From: Eledone cirrhosa
Lineage: Eukaryota
Length of the DNA stretch: 64,000 bases
Direction: 5' to 3'
Assembly (NCBI GenBank): GCA_964016885.1
Contig: OZ024740.1
Coordinates: forward strand, 225,308,001 to 225,372,000
In this document: piece by piece, positions 50,127-64,000 of the stretch
Layout of the letters: every line of letters begins with the position of its first letter
How positions within the stretch are numbered: position 1 is the first letter of the stretch
Position numbers and translations under genes: made by a program
Notes under the pieces: model-generated
What the model was told of the DNA's origin: nothing
What the model saw: only the letters and a program-made list of their open reading frames with translations
Database searches by the model: none

Positions 50127-50459
50127 CTGTTATAAAAAGAATTTAAAGCAAAGAAAATCTATAAATGCAAATATAAACTGCTGAATGAAGCCTATTAATA
50201 CATTAGCCTTTTGCATTATGTGTGTTTCGTGGTTGTCTGTATTTAGCATCAACTATTCTCAAATATTATTCTATATTAGAAATGCTGCATTGAGTCAGCA
50301 CCCATTACTCAAGACCCTGGCATTCTATTTGTAAATAATGGCACATTCAAGCAAAAAGTTGGTTTATAGAATTGAATGAAATCAATGGAAATTCCTTACC
50401 TTTACTGCCTGTTGAGATGTGATAGCATCCCTGCCACCTGTTTGTCAACTACGCCTAAC

Positions 50460-50545
50460 CTTTGCTTTTATTATCATCACAGTGCAATTTAAATGTTCCC
50501 AAACCGCTGGTGTTCCCTTAATAACAGTCTCTATGACCTCAGGCT
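50460..50545 (-). CDS. Candidate host exon (EPEVIETVIKGTPAVWEHLNCTVMIIKAK)
   Basis: Long polypyrimidine tract ending TTTTTTTCCAG|, open frame, and AAG|GTTAGG donor. Confidence 0.38.
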
Positions 50546-50967
50546 CTGGAAAAAAAGGTAAAGGAAAGGAAATATAATAGAATACACTGACATGTACAAA
50601 AGAGGGGAAAAAAATCAACAAATTCATGGTTGGTTTATTTGTTGGATCAACTAACAGATTTTCTTTATCATGAACCATAACTGAATCGCTTGAGAACTTG
50701 AGCCATCAGTAATAGGATTCAACCCAGCAATTTGATAACCTACTTTATCATTATTTAGTTTACAATACTTTTCCGCATATCATGCATAAAGCTCCTATGA
50801 CCACAATAAATTCTCTGAAGCTAACTGCCAATAAAGTGATAGTGATCTGACTGTAGCTATGGTTACTAACAGACTATTGATGCTATTATAACAGAAAATG
50901 CTTCTGAATGGCTGAAGTGTAGAGAATTTAGATCAGGAGCAACAAGTACACTAAATAGGTTTAACAT

Positions 50968-51200
50968 AACAGACAAACTTTATTGATTCCTTTCACAGGG
51001 ACAAAACTCAGATTTATATCGAAGAAATGAGATTGTGTGACATTCATGCTTTGCTTAGAGGCAATCATGACCTGAAATTAATATAACAGACAAACTCTAT
51101 TGATTCCTGTCATCAGTACAAACCTCAGATTTATATGGATGAAATGAGATTATGTGACATTCGTTCTTTACTTAGGAGCAATCACGACCAGAAATTAAAG
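50968..51200. repeat. Diverged 117-bp tandem duplication
   Basis: AACAGACAAACT-TATTGATTCCT at 50968 and 51085. Confidence 0.85.
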
Positions 51201-52282
51201 GCAGGTTATATAATTTACTGCTCCAAAATATTATTTCTTTTAACTCAAAAGGGATAGACTATTCCAAGAAGAACCAATTCCAATTACAAGTATTGGCCAC
51301 TCTCTGATAGGTTTGTGGTATAGCCTGTGACAGAGTGGAGTTGGCTGCCTACAGGTGCGAGCCCCACAAGGTGGAGTGGCTGTTCCAGAGTATCTACCTT
51401 GTCTTCCCCTGGAGCAATGTATTCTCCATCCTGTTGGCTGGGACCAAGAGACAAAAGATAAGTCAGTTGGAAGTGGTTATATCAGTACACCTCAGTTTAC
51501 CCCTTAGATTAAGAAATATAAAATATACAAGCTGCTTATCTATAGGACATTTTATGTCTATCTAAGTAATAAATGTTTCTATAACCTTATCATCATCTTC
51601 ATAATTTAACTGCAGTAGCAGAGGGGCACAATATCCACTTATTGCAGTTTACATAATTAAGTATGGTCTTGTAGTGAGATTTGAAGTCATAGCTACAATA
51701 TGAACTCAGAATGAAAAAGGCCAGAACAAATATTACGAGGTGTCTTGTCTGATTTTCTGACCAGTCAACCAATCCAATGTCAGCTATATCATCTTTCCTG
51801 TAAAGATGAAAACCAACGTTGAATTTGGCAGCATTCAAAATCTAGGTACTATTGAACACCCAAACAACTTTGCCAATTCACATATAGACAAATTGAGAAT
51901 CAGTTTCTTCAGATTCAAGATTTTATCTTGTAAGGAGCTATATGTAGAACAGATTTTAATGACTTAGCCTGAGGAGAAAGAGCCCATGAACATTTTTGCG
52001 AGGTCTCAAAGACTGGTGGCAGAAGGAGATAAAGATCTTGATATTCTTAGTGGAAACATGGATCAAATCATTTTGAATATCTTCAGTAACATAGTTTAAA
52101 GTTAGCAATAGTTGTTGTTTAAGTAACCCATAAACAATAACTCCCACAGTCTAGCAGTTCAATGATTGTCAGCAGTATATACAGTACTTAAAATAAAATA
52201 TTGGCTGATGTCAGTTAAAGCACATGGCTATAGAAGAATTGCCTCGGAAATGTTGCATCCAACCCATGCCATCATAGTAAAA

Positions 52283-52482
52283 CTGATGATGATGATAACG
52301 ATGATGATGATGATGTTAATGACAAGGATGACACTGATTATGATGGCATTGATGATTAAGATAATGATGTTGTTACTGATGACAATCATTACGACAATGA
52401 CTATGATTATGGGGATGATGATGATGATGCCGGTGATGACAATGACATTGATGATTAAAATGATGATGATGATGATGAGTGA
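52283..52482. repeat. Degenerate (GAT)n microsatellite
   Basis: Direct inspection. Confidence 0.9.
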
Positions 52483-53704
52483 CCAGTAGCTTAACTTGAC
52501 AGTAAGATTTATAGTTTTGAATATTTATCATATGATCTAACTATTGTGGTTGCTGACAGCAATTCATAGCTTATCATTATTAAAGGTCAACATGAACAAA
52601 TCATTCTTATCTAAAAGAAGTAAGAATTTGAAGAAAATTTGAAGAACTTAACAGAATTATAAGTATACCATTCTGAAAAAAATACTCAGTATTTGGAATA
52701 CAATTTGAAGACCTTAACACAATTATATATGTGTTAGCAATGAAGACTTGAAGATTTTGTGTTAGATAGGTCATATTGATAAATTTCTAGACTTTATATC
52801 TAATTACCTGAAATATAAATCTAATAATTCACTTTAAATTTGATAATACGATACACAAGAGATATTTTTTGTTTTTCTCTTATTTCATTTTACTGTCCTG
52901 GTATTCTTTTCTTAATAGAATGTATTTTAAACAATATATTTCATAACATTTGGATGAAAATCTTTTATTCCATTTTATATAAACTTTAAAAACATTTTAA
53001 TACAGTATTAAGCCTCTCTTGTGTTTAGGATTATTTTTTAAATCATTGTGGCCATATTGTTGTCATTGCTGTTGTTTCTGGTGGTAGCAGTGGTTTTCAT
53101 CATTTCATTTTATTTTATGTCCGCTTTTTCCCTGCTTACAAGGGTGGGTTTTATCCTTATTAAATCTTATTGAGCAGATCCATGATCAGCCAGTCATATA
53201 TTTTCCAGGTGTTCAACACAAAGAGATCATCATTGGTGCCCCTTCCTGGTATTAATCCAAATGGTATCTCATTTAATCAGATTCATTTTTTTAAACTCTT
53301 TCGATTGCTGTTATAACATAATCTTTCAGATAACTTTCTCCATATCTCCATAAATGCTCATTTCTACAGCATCATCTTTGTCCCTGTAGCAGATAATGAT
53401 GATACTGCTATGCCATATCTTAGGTGTGACATGAAACTGTCACATATTACCTGATTGAATAAATGTATAACTTACTCAAGTCATATTTTGCCAGATCTTT
53501 TCAACATATATGGAAGCATCCTAAATGTATTGAGTACCTTTTTTTAACTGTAGTTAAACTTGACACAACTCAGTAATCTACATACACCCACACACTTGTT
53601 TAATAAGTTTGATGAGCAGATTGGGCTGGAGTCGGGTCTATAGGATTTACATATATCCTGAGCCACCCATCTGTGAAGCCTCGCTTATCTTTAATATATA
53701 TGTA

Positions 53705-53813
<109 letters not shown>

Positions 53814-53901
53814 ATATATATATATATATGTGTGTGTATATATATATATATATGTGTGTGTATATATATACATATATGTATATATATATAATATATATGT
53901 A

Positions 53902-54627
53902 TATATATCATAAAACATGTCTATAGAATCACAAGATAAAATATATACTATTTCCTCTCCCAATTAGCATAATTAACTATATAAAAAATCGAATAGACCA
54001 GGCTATACGAATGAGGCTTCTATGAAGGAATCTCCAACAAATAACCAAAACTAGCACTTCGCGTCGGCCGTAGTGGAATATTTATCGAATATTTTGACAG
54101 CGTAAGCGCCTAGATACAGTCAACTAAGCAGAATTAGGTTTAAAATAAACTAGGAGAAAATAGAATACATTTAAATACGTCTACCAAGGTTTCGTCCGTG
54201 TTTTGAGTTTTCCAATAATTATGTAATAATTATATAAACTCGAGCGCCGGATTCTTCAGGAAGCTCGCTCATATCTAGACATAAAATTTTCCAAAACGAT
54301 CGCGCCAAGAATTTATTTCAAAATGGCTAAAAATCGTGACGTAGTCGCGGTCCAGTTGGAAGGGGTGTGGTAGTTGCTTACGACTGGTGGCATTTTTGCT
54401 AGAAAGCACAGCACAATACAGCTAAATTTGTATCTCAACCTAGTGGGAGATTATTACATATAAAAGTTTACATATATATATACATACACATACATATACC
54501 TGTTTTGCAACTGGTCACTTTTTTGGCTCAATGAAACATTAATAAATTAAACAATCAGAGCTATATATCATAAAACATGTCTATAGAATCACAAGATAAA
54601 ATATATACTATTTCCTCTCCCAATTAG
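53902..54627 (-). mobile_element. Retrozyme-like element, 660-bp monomer in 1.1x tandem; diverged relative of 650-1556
   Basis: TCATAAAACATGTCTATAGAATC at 53908 and 54568. The minus strand shares CTAATTGGGAGAGGAAAT, GCTCTGATT, CATTGAGCCA, TAATCTCCCA and ACGTCACGATT-TTAGCCATTTTGAA with 706-1380. Flanked by (TA)n. Confidence 0.78.
54177..54264 (-). ncRNA. Type I hammerhead ribozyme with extended stem II
   Basis: Minus strand GCTTC-CTGAAGA-ATCCG...CGGAC-GAAA-CC-TT-GG-TA-GACGT; same position in the monomer as 1079-1160. Confidence 0.72.
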
Positions 54628-54647
54628 TATATATATATGTATATATG

Positions 54648-54860
54648 GATTGGCTGTATTGGTAGAGCATTGGACACCATGCTTTGCAGTATAGAGTTAC
54701 GTCCCTTTACAGTATGAGTTCAAATCCTGTCGAGGTTAGCTTTGCTTTTCATCCTTACGAGGTCGATAAAATAAAGCACCAGTAATGCATCAGGATCGTT
54801 TAATCGACTTTCCCCTCCCTCAAAATTACTGGTCTTATAGTAGAAATCATTATTATTATT
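54648..54860 (+). mobile_element. tRNA-derived SINE with Nin/Deu-like core
   Basis: TGGCTGTATTGG A box, GAGTTCAAATCC B box, TTTCATCCTTACGAGGTCGATAAAATAAAGCACC core and (ATT)n tail. Confidence 0.7.
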
Positions 54861-55330
54861 ATTTCCACTAGTCTTGATTTTACTGGTTTATTGTTATGCT
54901 ATGCTTATGTCTACTGTTTCATGAACTTTAGTATTATTAAGGCAAGGCTTAGAACTACTTTTATAATGCTTTTAATAGAGTTGAAGTATATTTTGTCAGT
55001 ATATCCTGATCTAGCAAGTGTTTCATCTTGCACACACACACATATGTGTGTGTGTATATATATATATTTATATATATTTATATAGATATAGATATATATA
55101 TATACGGGTAACAGATTATTGTTATAGGTAGTCCACTTAAGTGTAGTCCAGTTATGGTAGTCCAAGTAGTGGATGATATCAACACTTGGCTAAGTCTGAC
55201 TCAACAAGGCGTTTCCATAGTGATGCTGCGAGTACACTGTAATTTCTATGTTGTAAACACTTGGAGTAATGATAAATCAGGAAAGAAGAGTGACACGGTT
55301 TGCTATACAAAAAAGGTTTTTAATCTCATT

Positions 55331-55436
55331 GCTAACAATTGTTTCTCTGAACTTGTAGGTCTAGAGATCGCTACCTGCTTGTTTTCACGTCATTGGATCA
55401 CCAATACAAAGTTATAACCAGTCAATTCATCGGAGC
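55331..55436 (-). ncRNA. Hammerhead ribozyme, CCGATGA core, long stem II insert
   Basis: Inverted copy of 55871-55976 with a GUU triplet. Confidence 0.55.
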
Positions 55437-55870
55437 TTGTGAGAATGAAAGGAATATACAGGCATGGCTACTATATATAGTAGTAATGGCATTCAATCAG
55501 AACAATAACAACAATACTAACAATGCTAGCAATAAATTATTTGAAATAATCACAACATCAATCTAGGTGAGAAATATAGCATACCTACGATTTTAGCGTG
55601 TAAACCTAGTTGACATGAGGCAGATGTATAAAATTGACATGTAAAAGCTGTCATGGGGTGTATTACATGTCAATTTTATACATCTGCCTCATGTCAGCTA
55701 GGTTTACACGCTAAAATCGTAGATATACTATATTTCTCACCTAGATTGATGTTGTGATTATTTCAAATAATGTATTGCTAGCATTGTTAGTATTGTTGTT
55801 ATTGTTCTGATTGAATGCCATTACTACTATATATAGTAGCCATGCCTGTATATTCCTTTCATTCTCACAA

Positions 55871-55976
55871 GCTCCGATGAATTGACTGGTTACAACTTGG
55901 TATTGGTGATCGAATAACGTGAAAACAAGCGGGTAGCGATCTCTAGACCTACAAGTTCAGAGAAACAATTGTCAGC
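55871..55976 (+). ncRNA. Hammerhead ribozyme, CCGATGA core, long stem II insert
   Basis: GCT-CCGATGA-ATTGACT...AGTTCAGA-GAAA-CAATTG-TC-AGC. Confidence 0.6.
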
Positions 55977-56029
55977 AATGAGATTAAAAAGCTTTTTTGT
56001 ATAGCAAACCGTGTCACTCTTCTTTCCTG

Positions 56030-56087
<58 letters not shown>

Positions 56088-57689
56088 GTATGTATTATTT
56101 AGTAATATATATTTATATACACAAACATACATATACATCATCATCACCATCACCATTTGACGTCCATTTTTCATGCTACCATGAATCAGATGAATTGCCC
56201 CATTGTGAGACACACACACACATATATATATATGATAAACAGCTAACCCAAAATAACTTTGTGTTATCTGACAATAATTTTGATGTTTCGATCTCTTCTA
56301 TATAACACAAGAGTTTTAATGGAAACTTTCCTTCCATTCAATATGAATAGGCAAGGAAAGAAACAAACTGTGAAAATATAAATATATATATATATATTGA
56401 ACAGTATACAATATATAAGAAAATAAAATTAAAAAAAACAGTTCAAAAGATATACTAAAAACATATTAATGAAAAATACATAAATAAATAAGTGAATGAA
56501 TAACTAAATGTGTGAACAGACAGTAAACTTTTTTAATTTAGCATGAACGGTGCACATATAAATATTTACATTTATTTAAACGTGTAACCCAAATGTTTTA
56601 TTTCATTACTTATTTAAACATTAGAGAAATGATGAAAACATGAAAAATGCTTATTTTTTTAAGAGATTACTATGCTAATAAAATTATTATGTTACAGTTA
56701 GTCTAATCCTACACCAAGCTTGCTTAACTAATATAAAATTATGGCTTGAATAACCACAATAACTTTTGTTTCTAATTCTGTATCTTATATATTTTTTATT
56801 CCATGAGAAATATTGAATTTTATTATGGTAGTATAAATGAAATTTGAGATAAAATAAATGAAATATCTAACCTTCTAAAAAGTATACTTAACAGAGTTTC
56901 TGAACATCTCAAAATTATATTTTGACTGAAAACTAAAACAAACAATTGTGTTCATTGCAATTTAACATTGTTCTTGCAGGGAGTTATTCTTAACTTTCAT
57001 ATTATTATTATTTTCAAATACCCTTTTCCAATAGTATTGTTGACAATGAATTGATTTCATCTGTTTATTTCTTTTCATTAAACTGTAAAGGCCAATATCA
57101 CTCGATTCAAAGAATCTGTCTTTATATTCAAAATAATACATGTGTTATAATTTGAATCTAAAGCTGCCAGTATTGGCAAAGCTTACATCATCAACTTAAT
57201 CATTATTTATACTAATATTTCCCACTCGACATTATGACTTTCATTCAAACATTAGTATGTAGACCTCACTTATCTATTTATTATTTGATGTTATGGAAAT
57301 TTAGTAAATTACTCATCTGCTTATTTGATATGAGATATTTAAAATATAATGTTCCTGAAATAACTCCTTATTGCGTTATATATAAGGAAAAGAAAACAAA
57401 TGAAAAATTACAAAGGAATCTAAGAAACAAAACCAATGGAGGTTTAGGAGTGTAAGTTTAGAAAAGTTTATACAATTTACAGTCCAGTGTCTTTTACCCA
57501 TTCAATTTATAAATCCATTCACAGTGTTTATTTAGTAGATACGCTTCAAAAAACAATATCTCAAATGATTCTATTGTACAACGCATACACTGTTTATGTG
57601 TTTTTGTATGCAATTTAGCTCAGCAAAATAAATTATATTAGATATCATTATTAATCTCTTATCTTTTGAGATTCCAAATGTTTGTTCAT

Positions 57690-58530
57690 AAAGCTGTTTT
57701 ATTATATTTAATGAGTCTACTAAATGAATATAATATGAGTATCTTATCTCGAGTGAGTTAGCTATTCAACATGCATATGATACATGATCGTTTTAGTTTT
57801 GCAAATACATTGTAGTGGCAATGTAATTACAAAATATCCTATGCTCATATTTTTTGTATTTGTTTCCATTAAATATTGTCCTGTGTTATGTGTCATAGAA
57901 TATGAAACTTTTATAAAATTTGTATCAATCAATTTATATTTGTGACTAGGTAGAAAATACTTCAAGACCTTTCTAAATAGTTTAGTTATTGATGTCACTA
58001 TTTGCTGAGCACATGAAGGATTATATCATGTAGGTTCTATGTTTTCTAGTACGGTTTTGCCAGTATTATTACTATGCCACCGAGGTTAACTTTGTCTTTC
58101 ATCCTTATGGGGCTCGATAAAATAAAGTACCAGTAATACACTGGGATAATTGCTGGCCTTGTACCAAAAGTAGAAACAATTATTACTATAACTATTATTT
58201 TGTGTAAAATCTCTTTTTAATAAAGCATCATTATAATCATTGAACGAGGGGTTAGAAATATGTAAGGAAATAGATTTAAATAGATTATTTATAATATTAT
58301 GGATGTGTTTAGGGAGCCTAATCTGTTTTCTAAATGGGCAATGTAACATGAAGATCATTAAATATCTTTAGATTAGACTGTCATAATTTAATGGTTGAGT
58401 TATGAAAAGAACTCCACATTTTTGTAAAGATATCAAAAACATGGAGTTCTTTTCATAACTTGTTAATGTTTTGTTCATTTAAATTTCGAAGGATAACTAT
58501 TCCATCATCTCTATATCACTCTCATCCTAA
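57690..58530 (-). mobile_element. Old Hydra-like PLE relic interrupted by a SINE fragment (58080-58190)
   Basis: KYFLPSHKYKLIDTNFIKVSYSMTHN, PLQCICKTKTIMY and YNDALLK resemble the 29609-31826 protein. Confidence 0.65.
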
Positions 58531-58639
58531 AAATAGAGGTTTCACAAATAAGCTATACAGGATGTATAATCTTACAACATTGATAGCTTCTGTCAAATTC
58601 CTTGTGAGAATAAAAATAAATATTCAACACAACGTAAAC

Positions 58640-60700
58640 ATATAATGGATAATGGGAAGAGAAAAAAAGAAATATAATAGCTCTGCAAACATGACGTACA
58701 AGAGCCTTTAAAGAACCCACTAATAAGAAACCAGAAAACATCAGGATTTGACAAGGTCTCCTATTTCTAGACAGAGTACCTCTATAGAACTCCAGAGTAT
58801 ATGGTGACAGCATTCAATAAACTGGGAAACAGACCCAAATCAACATCTACTTGGATACTGGAAAGGAAACAGAATTAATTCATTCCCACAAACCAAAATA
58901 TCAAAGAACTTTAAAACTATAGTCCTATAATTTTCTTATTAATAACTTACAAGACCCTTATATCCACAATCTACAATAGGTTTATTTTTCAGCTGGACCA
59001 CAGGAACAGAAAGTAAGCTGAAAAGGAATCGGTTATATAGCTGTAAAGAGAAGCTACTGATAACCTAAGCTGTTATAGTATACAGCAAAAGCTGGAAAGC
59101 AAATCTTAGCATGCTTAAGAGGAATTACCAAAAAGCATCTAGCAGTATACAACAATCTATCATTTTGAATATACCCATCACTAACCTGTTGAGTATCTGG
59201 GCTTAAAACAGCCCCACTGTTGACAGTATACATCAGCTAGTCTTTGACAAAATACAAAACAGCAGTGTTCTAAAAAAAAGTCTGCCTTAAGCCCGAAGGC
59301 TCAACAGGTCAGTGCTCATCCAGTTTTGGTGGTGCAAAGCAACTGCGAGTACCAGACTCCCTCCTCGACAGGATATCAGTCCATCACAGAAGCAATGTGA
59401 AATTAAGTATTTGCTCAAGAACACAATACATAACCCAGACCAGGAATTGATATCAAGACATTATAATCATAAGTCCAACACACTTACCACTAAGCAAATA
59501 AAATACATCATAACTAGCTCTATAACCATAAATATGGAATCCTGCAGACAAATATATCATTCATTTGTTTTTTCCTTACTCTGACTTGGTTGATAAATCT
59601 GTTGAACAAAACCTTACATGGTTACAGATGCTATAGAGAAATTATGAAGCAATTACTTCATATAGGTGACCTGAAAATATTTACCATGGATAAATTCAGC
59701 CAAAACACATAAATGAGAATGGGTTTAGACAATAAACAAATTAATTAAAACTGAGAACAAGAAGTTATACCCAAACACCAAAGCTAGAAGAAATTAGACC
59801 AAAATCATACATAGGAGTAGATGAAGCTGATAAGATACAACCTAAAGTATTGAAGAAGGAAATTTTGGTAGGGTTATGTGTTGTGTTCTTATATATATGT
59901 GTGTATATAATAGCTGAGAGAACAAAATATTTTTCTATCTACAGCTACTAGTTTGACAGATCACCCCACATACCTGTGATGTGACGGCAACAACAATAAT
60001 AGAGAGAGAACTTTGGGTAGAATTATGACAACAGATCACGGTGTTCTCTCAGATTCAGACAAAATAAATCACACTAATATTAAAAGCAGATGCTAGAAAT
60101 AAGATTGTATATTATGGATATACTAACTATCCTAGTTATTAACTTCATCTTCAGAAGAAAAAGAAAATGAAATTTACGTGTATTGTAAAGCTTAGATTTG
60201 CAAAGTAGGTTGCAAAGGAAAACAAGAAAATTACAATGAATTAATATAGATAAATAGAGCAAATGAACACATAAGAGAATATGGTCTGATAGAAATCGAA
60301 ACCAAATAGAAAACAACTGTGGGGTTAATATGCTGAGAATGAAGCAAAGAAAAACTGACTAATATAATAGGGAAACATTATAAAAAAGAAAAGAATTCGT
60401 TTCTATATATAAGGAAATAAAAACAGACAAACTAGAAACCAACTTCACCTAAGAAAAAGATTTAGACAAAGATAAAAATCAGAAAAGATTCAGAAAAACA
60501 AAGGCAAAATTGAACTTGAGTTCCAAAATATACAGAAGAAAGGTGGAAAGAAAAACAATTATATGGTCAATAACTAGCAAGATTTGCTACAAAGAATGTA
60601 AGCCATGGTGAAAGCCACCAATGGCCAAAGGCTCAGGGCTAAAAGCTAAAACAGAAGTTCTATTTGCTGTCCACGAACAATTATTGGCTGTAAACGATTA
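58640..60700 (+). mobile_element. Highly decayed Dong/R4-like LINE pieces
   Basis: Decayed motifs resembling NYRPITCL.T.YK (~58915) and SHQW...GLKA.TE...AxxEQ (~60615). Confidence 0.45.
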
Positions 60701-60859
60701 AAACAATGAATGAAATGCTACTTTATTTTATTGCCATTGGAAGCGCAAAGGAAAAAGACCATAACAGGATTTGAACTTGAAGAATTGGAATGAATGTGTT
60801 TTGTTTAATTTTCAAATGATTTTGCCAATCCACCATCCTTGATTAATAATGATAAATGG

Positions 60860-61075
60860 TATTTAATTTATGCACAAGGCCAACAATTTTGGAAGATGGG
60901 AAAGTTGATTAAATCGAGCCCAGTGTGTTACTGGTACTTTATTTTATCGACCTTGTAAGTATGAAAAGCAAACCTAACATCAGTGGGATTTCAACTGAGA
61001 ACTTGAAGGGCTGTAACTATACTATACACCATAAAAACGTGTTGTCTAAAACTCTACTGATACCGGCAATACACC
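60860..61075 (-). mobile_element. Degenerate Nin/Deu-like SINE
   Basis: CTGGTACTTTATTTTATCGACC...ATGAAAAGCAAA as in 17795-17972. Confidence 0.6.
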
Positions 61076-62834
61076 ACCTTAGTAATCATGATAATAATAA
61101 GTTTGAATTAGGCAAGGCATTTGAGAATTGGGGACACTTGATTATATCAGTCTCAGAAGGATGAAAAGACTTCAGAGGGATTTCATCTCGGAACTTTAGG
61201 AGCTGTAACTAATAACACAATATTTTTTTACCAATGCTCTAACAATTCAGCCAATCAACCATCCTCGAGTCCCAATAATAACAATGAGAAGTAAAGAAAT
61301 TAGCAAGATTAGTATGACTATGCTCAACATGTATGCAAATTTTACCTACAAAAATGGTTGAGTGAGCAGCGACGTTAATAGTGTGCATAATAAATTGGTC
61401 GATAAACCAATATATTTACTGAGTTGGAACTTTAATGTTTAGTCTAGACTATGTTTGTAAAAGAAATTTTCAAAAGCTGGAAGCATTCTTCATGGAATAA
61501 GCAATATGCTTATAGATGCAGTTAGACTATAATAAAATTAAGTGTAGAATTTATACAAAGATATTACATTTATATAAAGTTTTAAGTAATATTTAAAAAA
61601 CATAATGTAATATATACCTCATTATAATTTTACACTGTGTTAGAAATTATGCCACATACAATTTGAAGAATATCTAAGACTTTACTATTTTAAAAATACA
61701 TTTCCTTAAATTCTTTCTTTTTTTTTTGGTATAATAGTATTAATCTTCTACTTTATACACATCAAAGGTTGTATATCAGTTGCAATGTAAGCATTATAAA
61801 CTAAGGCATTCACATGAAAAGAGAAGCATTATTTTTACCAAAAATGATTCATTAAACATAAAAGCAATGTTAAGCATCATTTTCTACAGTTAATGAAGTA
61901 GAAAGATTTCTAAGATTATTTCCACATCATTTAATATAGGAAAAGAGAGATAGAGAGAAAAACAAGCAAACAAATAAAAATTAAAACTGTCACAGTATGA
62001 AAACGTTTGCCTTGAGTCAAGATAATGGATTTAGCTACCTAAATGCCTATATATGTTCCTATCTGTCTATATGCATATGTGTATCTATGTGTATGCCTAT
62101 GCATTTTTATCTGTTTTTGTACATTGTTATGTTTATAAAGTATTTGTATTTAAAGTATTTATATATCTGTTGTTTTCTATGTCTATATTTGTTTTACGGA
62201 AGTGTATTGTGCACACATTAATTACTGTTTACTATTTAGATCTATTTGCAGAGATATTATCAAATGTCTCTTTATTTAGGTAAAGTGTGATACTCCCAAA
62301 ATTTCCTCTATTGAATCTACATTTAGGTTTTGTGACTCACAATTACTCAAGTCAACAGGGTACCTATCAACTAGTTAACATATTAGTAGTTCAAAATATT
62401 TTTTTGTGACATTGCACCATGACTGTAGCTAATGCATTAAAACAGTAGTGCCCATCATTGTCAGGATCTATGACTCCATCTATTTAAAAAAAATCCCCTG
62501 CTTTTGAAAGAACTGTCTACTCAACAAACCCACAGTTTTCCAGTACTGCCATTACAGACATCCTGCATTATTCCAAATGTTACTGTTAGGGATATAACAT
62601 AAGTCACAGTGGTATTATGAAATTGAGGAATAAACTGGCTTGCAGTAATATGTTAAATTTTTCTTCCACAAGATAACAAGAATTCTATCCAGAGGATTAT
62701 TCACTCATCTGCTTAACATAAGATAAAACTAAAAATAATCAACAAGCCTTATGAATAATTTGTTTCAGAGAGGATTATATTTTAGCCTCCTTCGCTCTTC
62801 ATTCATCTATTTATTGTGATTGTTTTATATATGA

Positions 62835-63442
62835 CTAGCAGTGGTACCCAGCGTTGCACGGGATAAGGTATTTTGGAATGCAGGCCGCCAACAGACATAA
62901 TCGTGGAAAAACTGCATGCCTGGACGATACGTAAAGAAAATTAACCGAATACTCTGATGGCTGGATAATCTTTAAGATTTTCCTCGATGAAGCAGGAAAA
63001 ATGCAGGTTTTCATTTACTGCGGGCCCTAGGGGATCAATAAAATGAATTTTTTTTATGTGCATAATATGCCTTGAAATTTCAGGAAAATCGGCTAGAAAA
63101 AGCTGAAAAAATGAAGTTTTTCACCTAATGTGGCCATCCATAAAACAAAGTTGGATTTTCTTTGCTCACGGTATGAAGAAGAGACTGACTAATACATAGT
63201 TACAATTTCAAGAAAATCGGTCTGATGTAACGCCTCAAAAAAAACCTAAAAAGCTGAAAAAAAGCAGTTTTTCTTAGGGATCAAAACGTTTAATTTTTTT
63301 ATGTGCATAACACTCCCCGAAACATAAGTAATATACATGTAAAGTTTGAAAAAATTTGGTTGGCTACTTCTTGAGTTTTAGGGATTCAAACTCACAGACA
63401 GACACACACACACACAGACATCCTCAGTTTTATATATATAGA
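62835..63442 (-). mobile_element. Non-autonomous Helitron
   Basis: Minus strand starts A|TC-TATATATATAAAA and ends with hairpin CCCGTGCAACGCTGGG then CTAG|T. Confidence 0.75.
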
Positions 63443-64000
63443 TGAAGAACTCAATATAATATTACACGGACTACATGACAAACATATTTGTAAGCTTTAG
63501 AAAATAAGTAATGTGGATATACATTCTATTTACAACTAGAAGTTGACCAATACCGATATTAGTGGTACAAAATATCATACTCTCAGGTCCCAAATAATAG
63601 GGATGGTTGGAATAAGTGGGATTTGGAACAAGTAAGGGTGACGGAAATCGGTAATTTTTCTAGGTTGTCTCAGTTGATTTTTTTTTTTAAATACCAATAT
63701 TAGTCATTTAGTTTACATATTAAGACCCCAACCCATCCTATTTATTTTATAGTGTTTGGAATTTCTAGTAAAGAAAATTTTTTGTCATGTATGTTTTTTT
63801 TTTAAATCTAAAGAAAATTGTCACAGGAACACTACCACTTAAAATAAAATTGCTCCTGAGAAGGATTAGCAAAATTTAATAAGAAGTACTGGTGGTGGGA
63901 ATTATTTGAGACCCAAGAGTAAAGTTAATTTCTGATTTGGTGTCAAGAAATGTTATATGACAAAATAACCAGCTGATTAAGAACGCATTAATGAATGATA

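Larger units (their letters stand above)
55105..56035. mobile_element. Foldback element (~373-bp arms) with a hammerhead in each arm
   Basis: 55272-55644 is the reverse complement of 55662-56035; the left arm extends a further ~165 bp; (TA)n on both sides. Confidence 0.88.

Noticed and set aside
52166-52489. Met-rich 107-aa ORF
   Set aside because: Translation of a (GAT)n repeat.

Overview
AT-rich, microsatellite-dense animal genomic DNA; the repeat landscape (RTE LINEs with (GAT)n tails, Nin/Deu-type SINEs, Dong/R4 and Tx1 relics) suggests an octopus or other cephalopod, which is an inference. Almost all recognisable sequence is transposon-derived. It holds one intact RTE LINE ORF (43830-46949, minus) and a young Penelope-like element (PLE) with Hydra-clade features (YRDD RT, CxCx5C linker, C-terminal GIY-YIG) arranged as a ~7 kb inverted repeat (26447-33398). 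It also holds several older PLE, RTE, mariner, Tx1 and Dong/R4 relics, SINEs and two Helitron-like elements. The most striking signal is about 15 hand-folded type I hammerhead ribozyme (HHR) motifs. Some lie in PLE tails, but most lie in short non-coding elements, nearly all next to (TA)n tracts, built as more-than-unit-length repeats of 431, 534 and 660-675 bp monomers or as foldbacks with an HHR on each strand. I read these as several families of retrozyme-like circular-RNA satellites mobilised by the PLE. No host gene can be named; a few minus-strand exon candidates are given at low confidence. All alignments and folds were done by eye.
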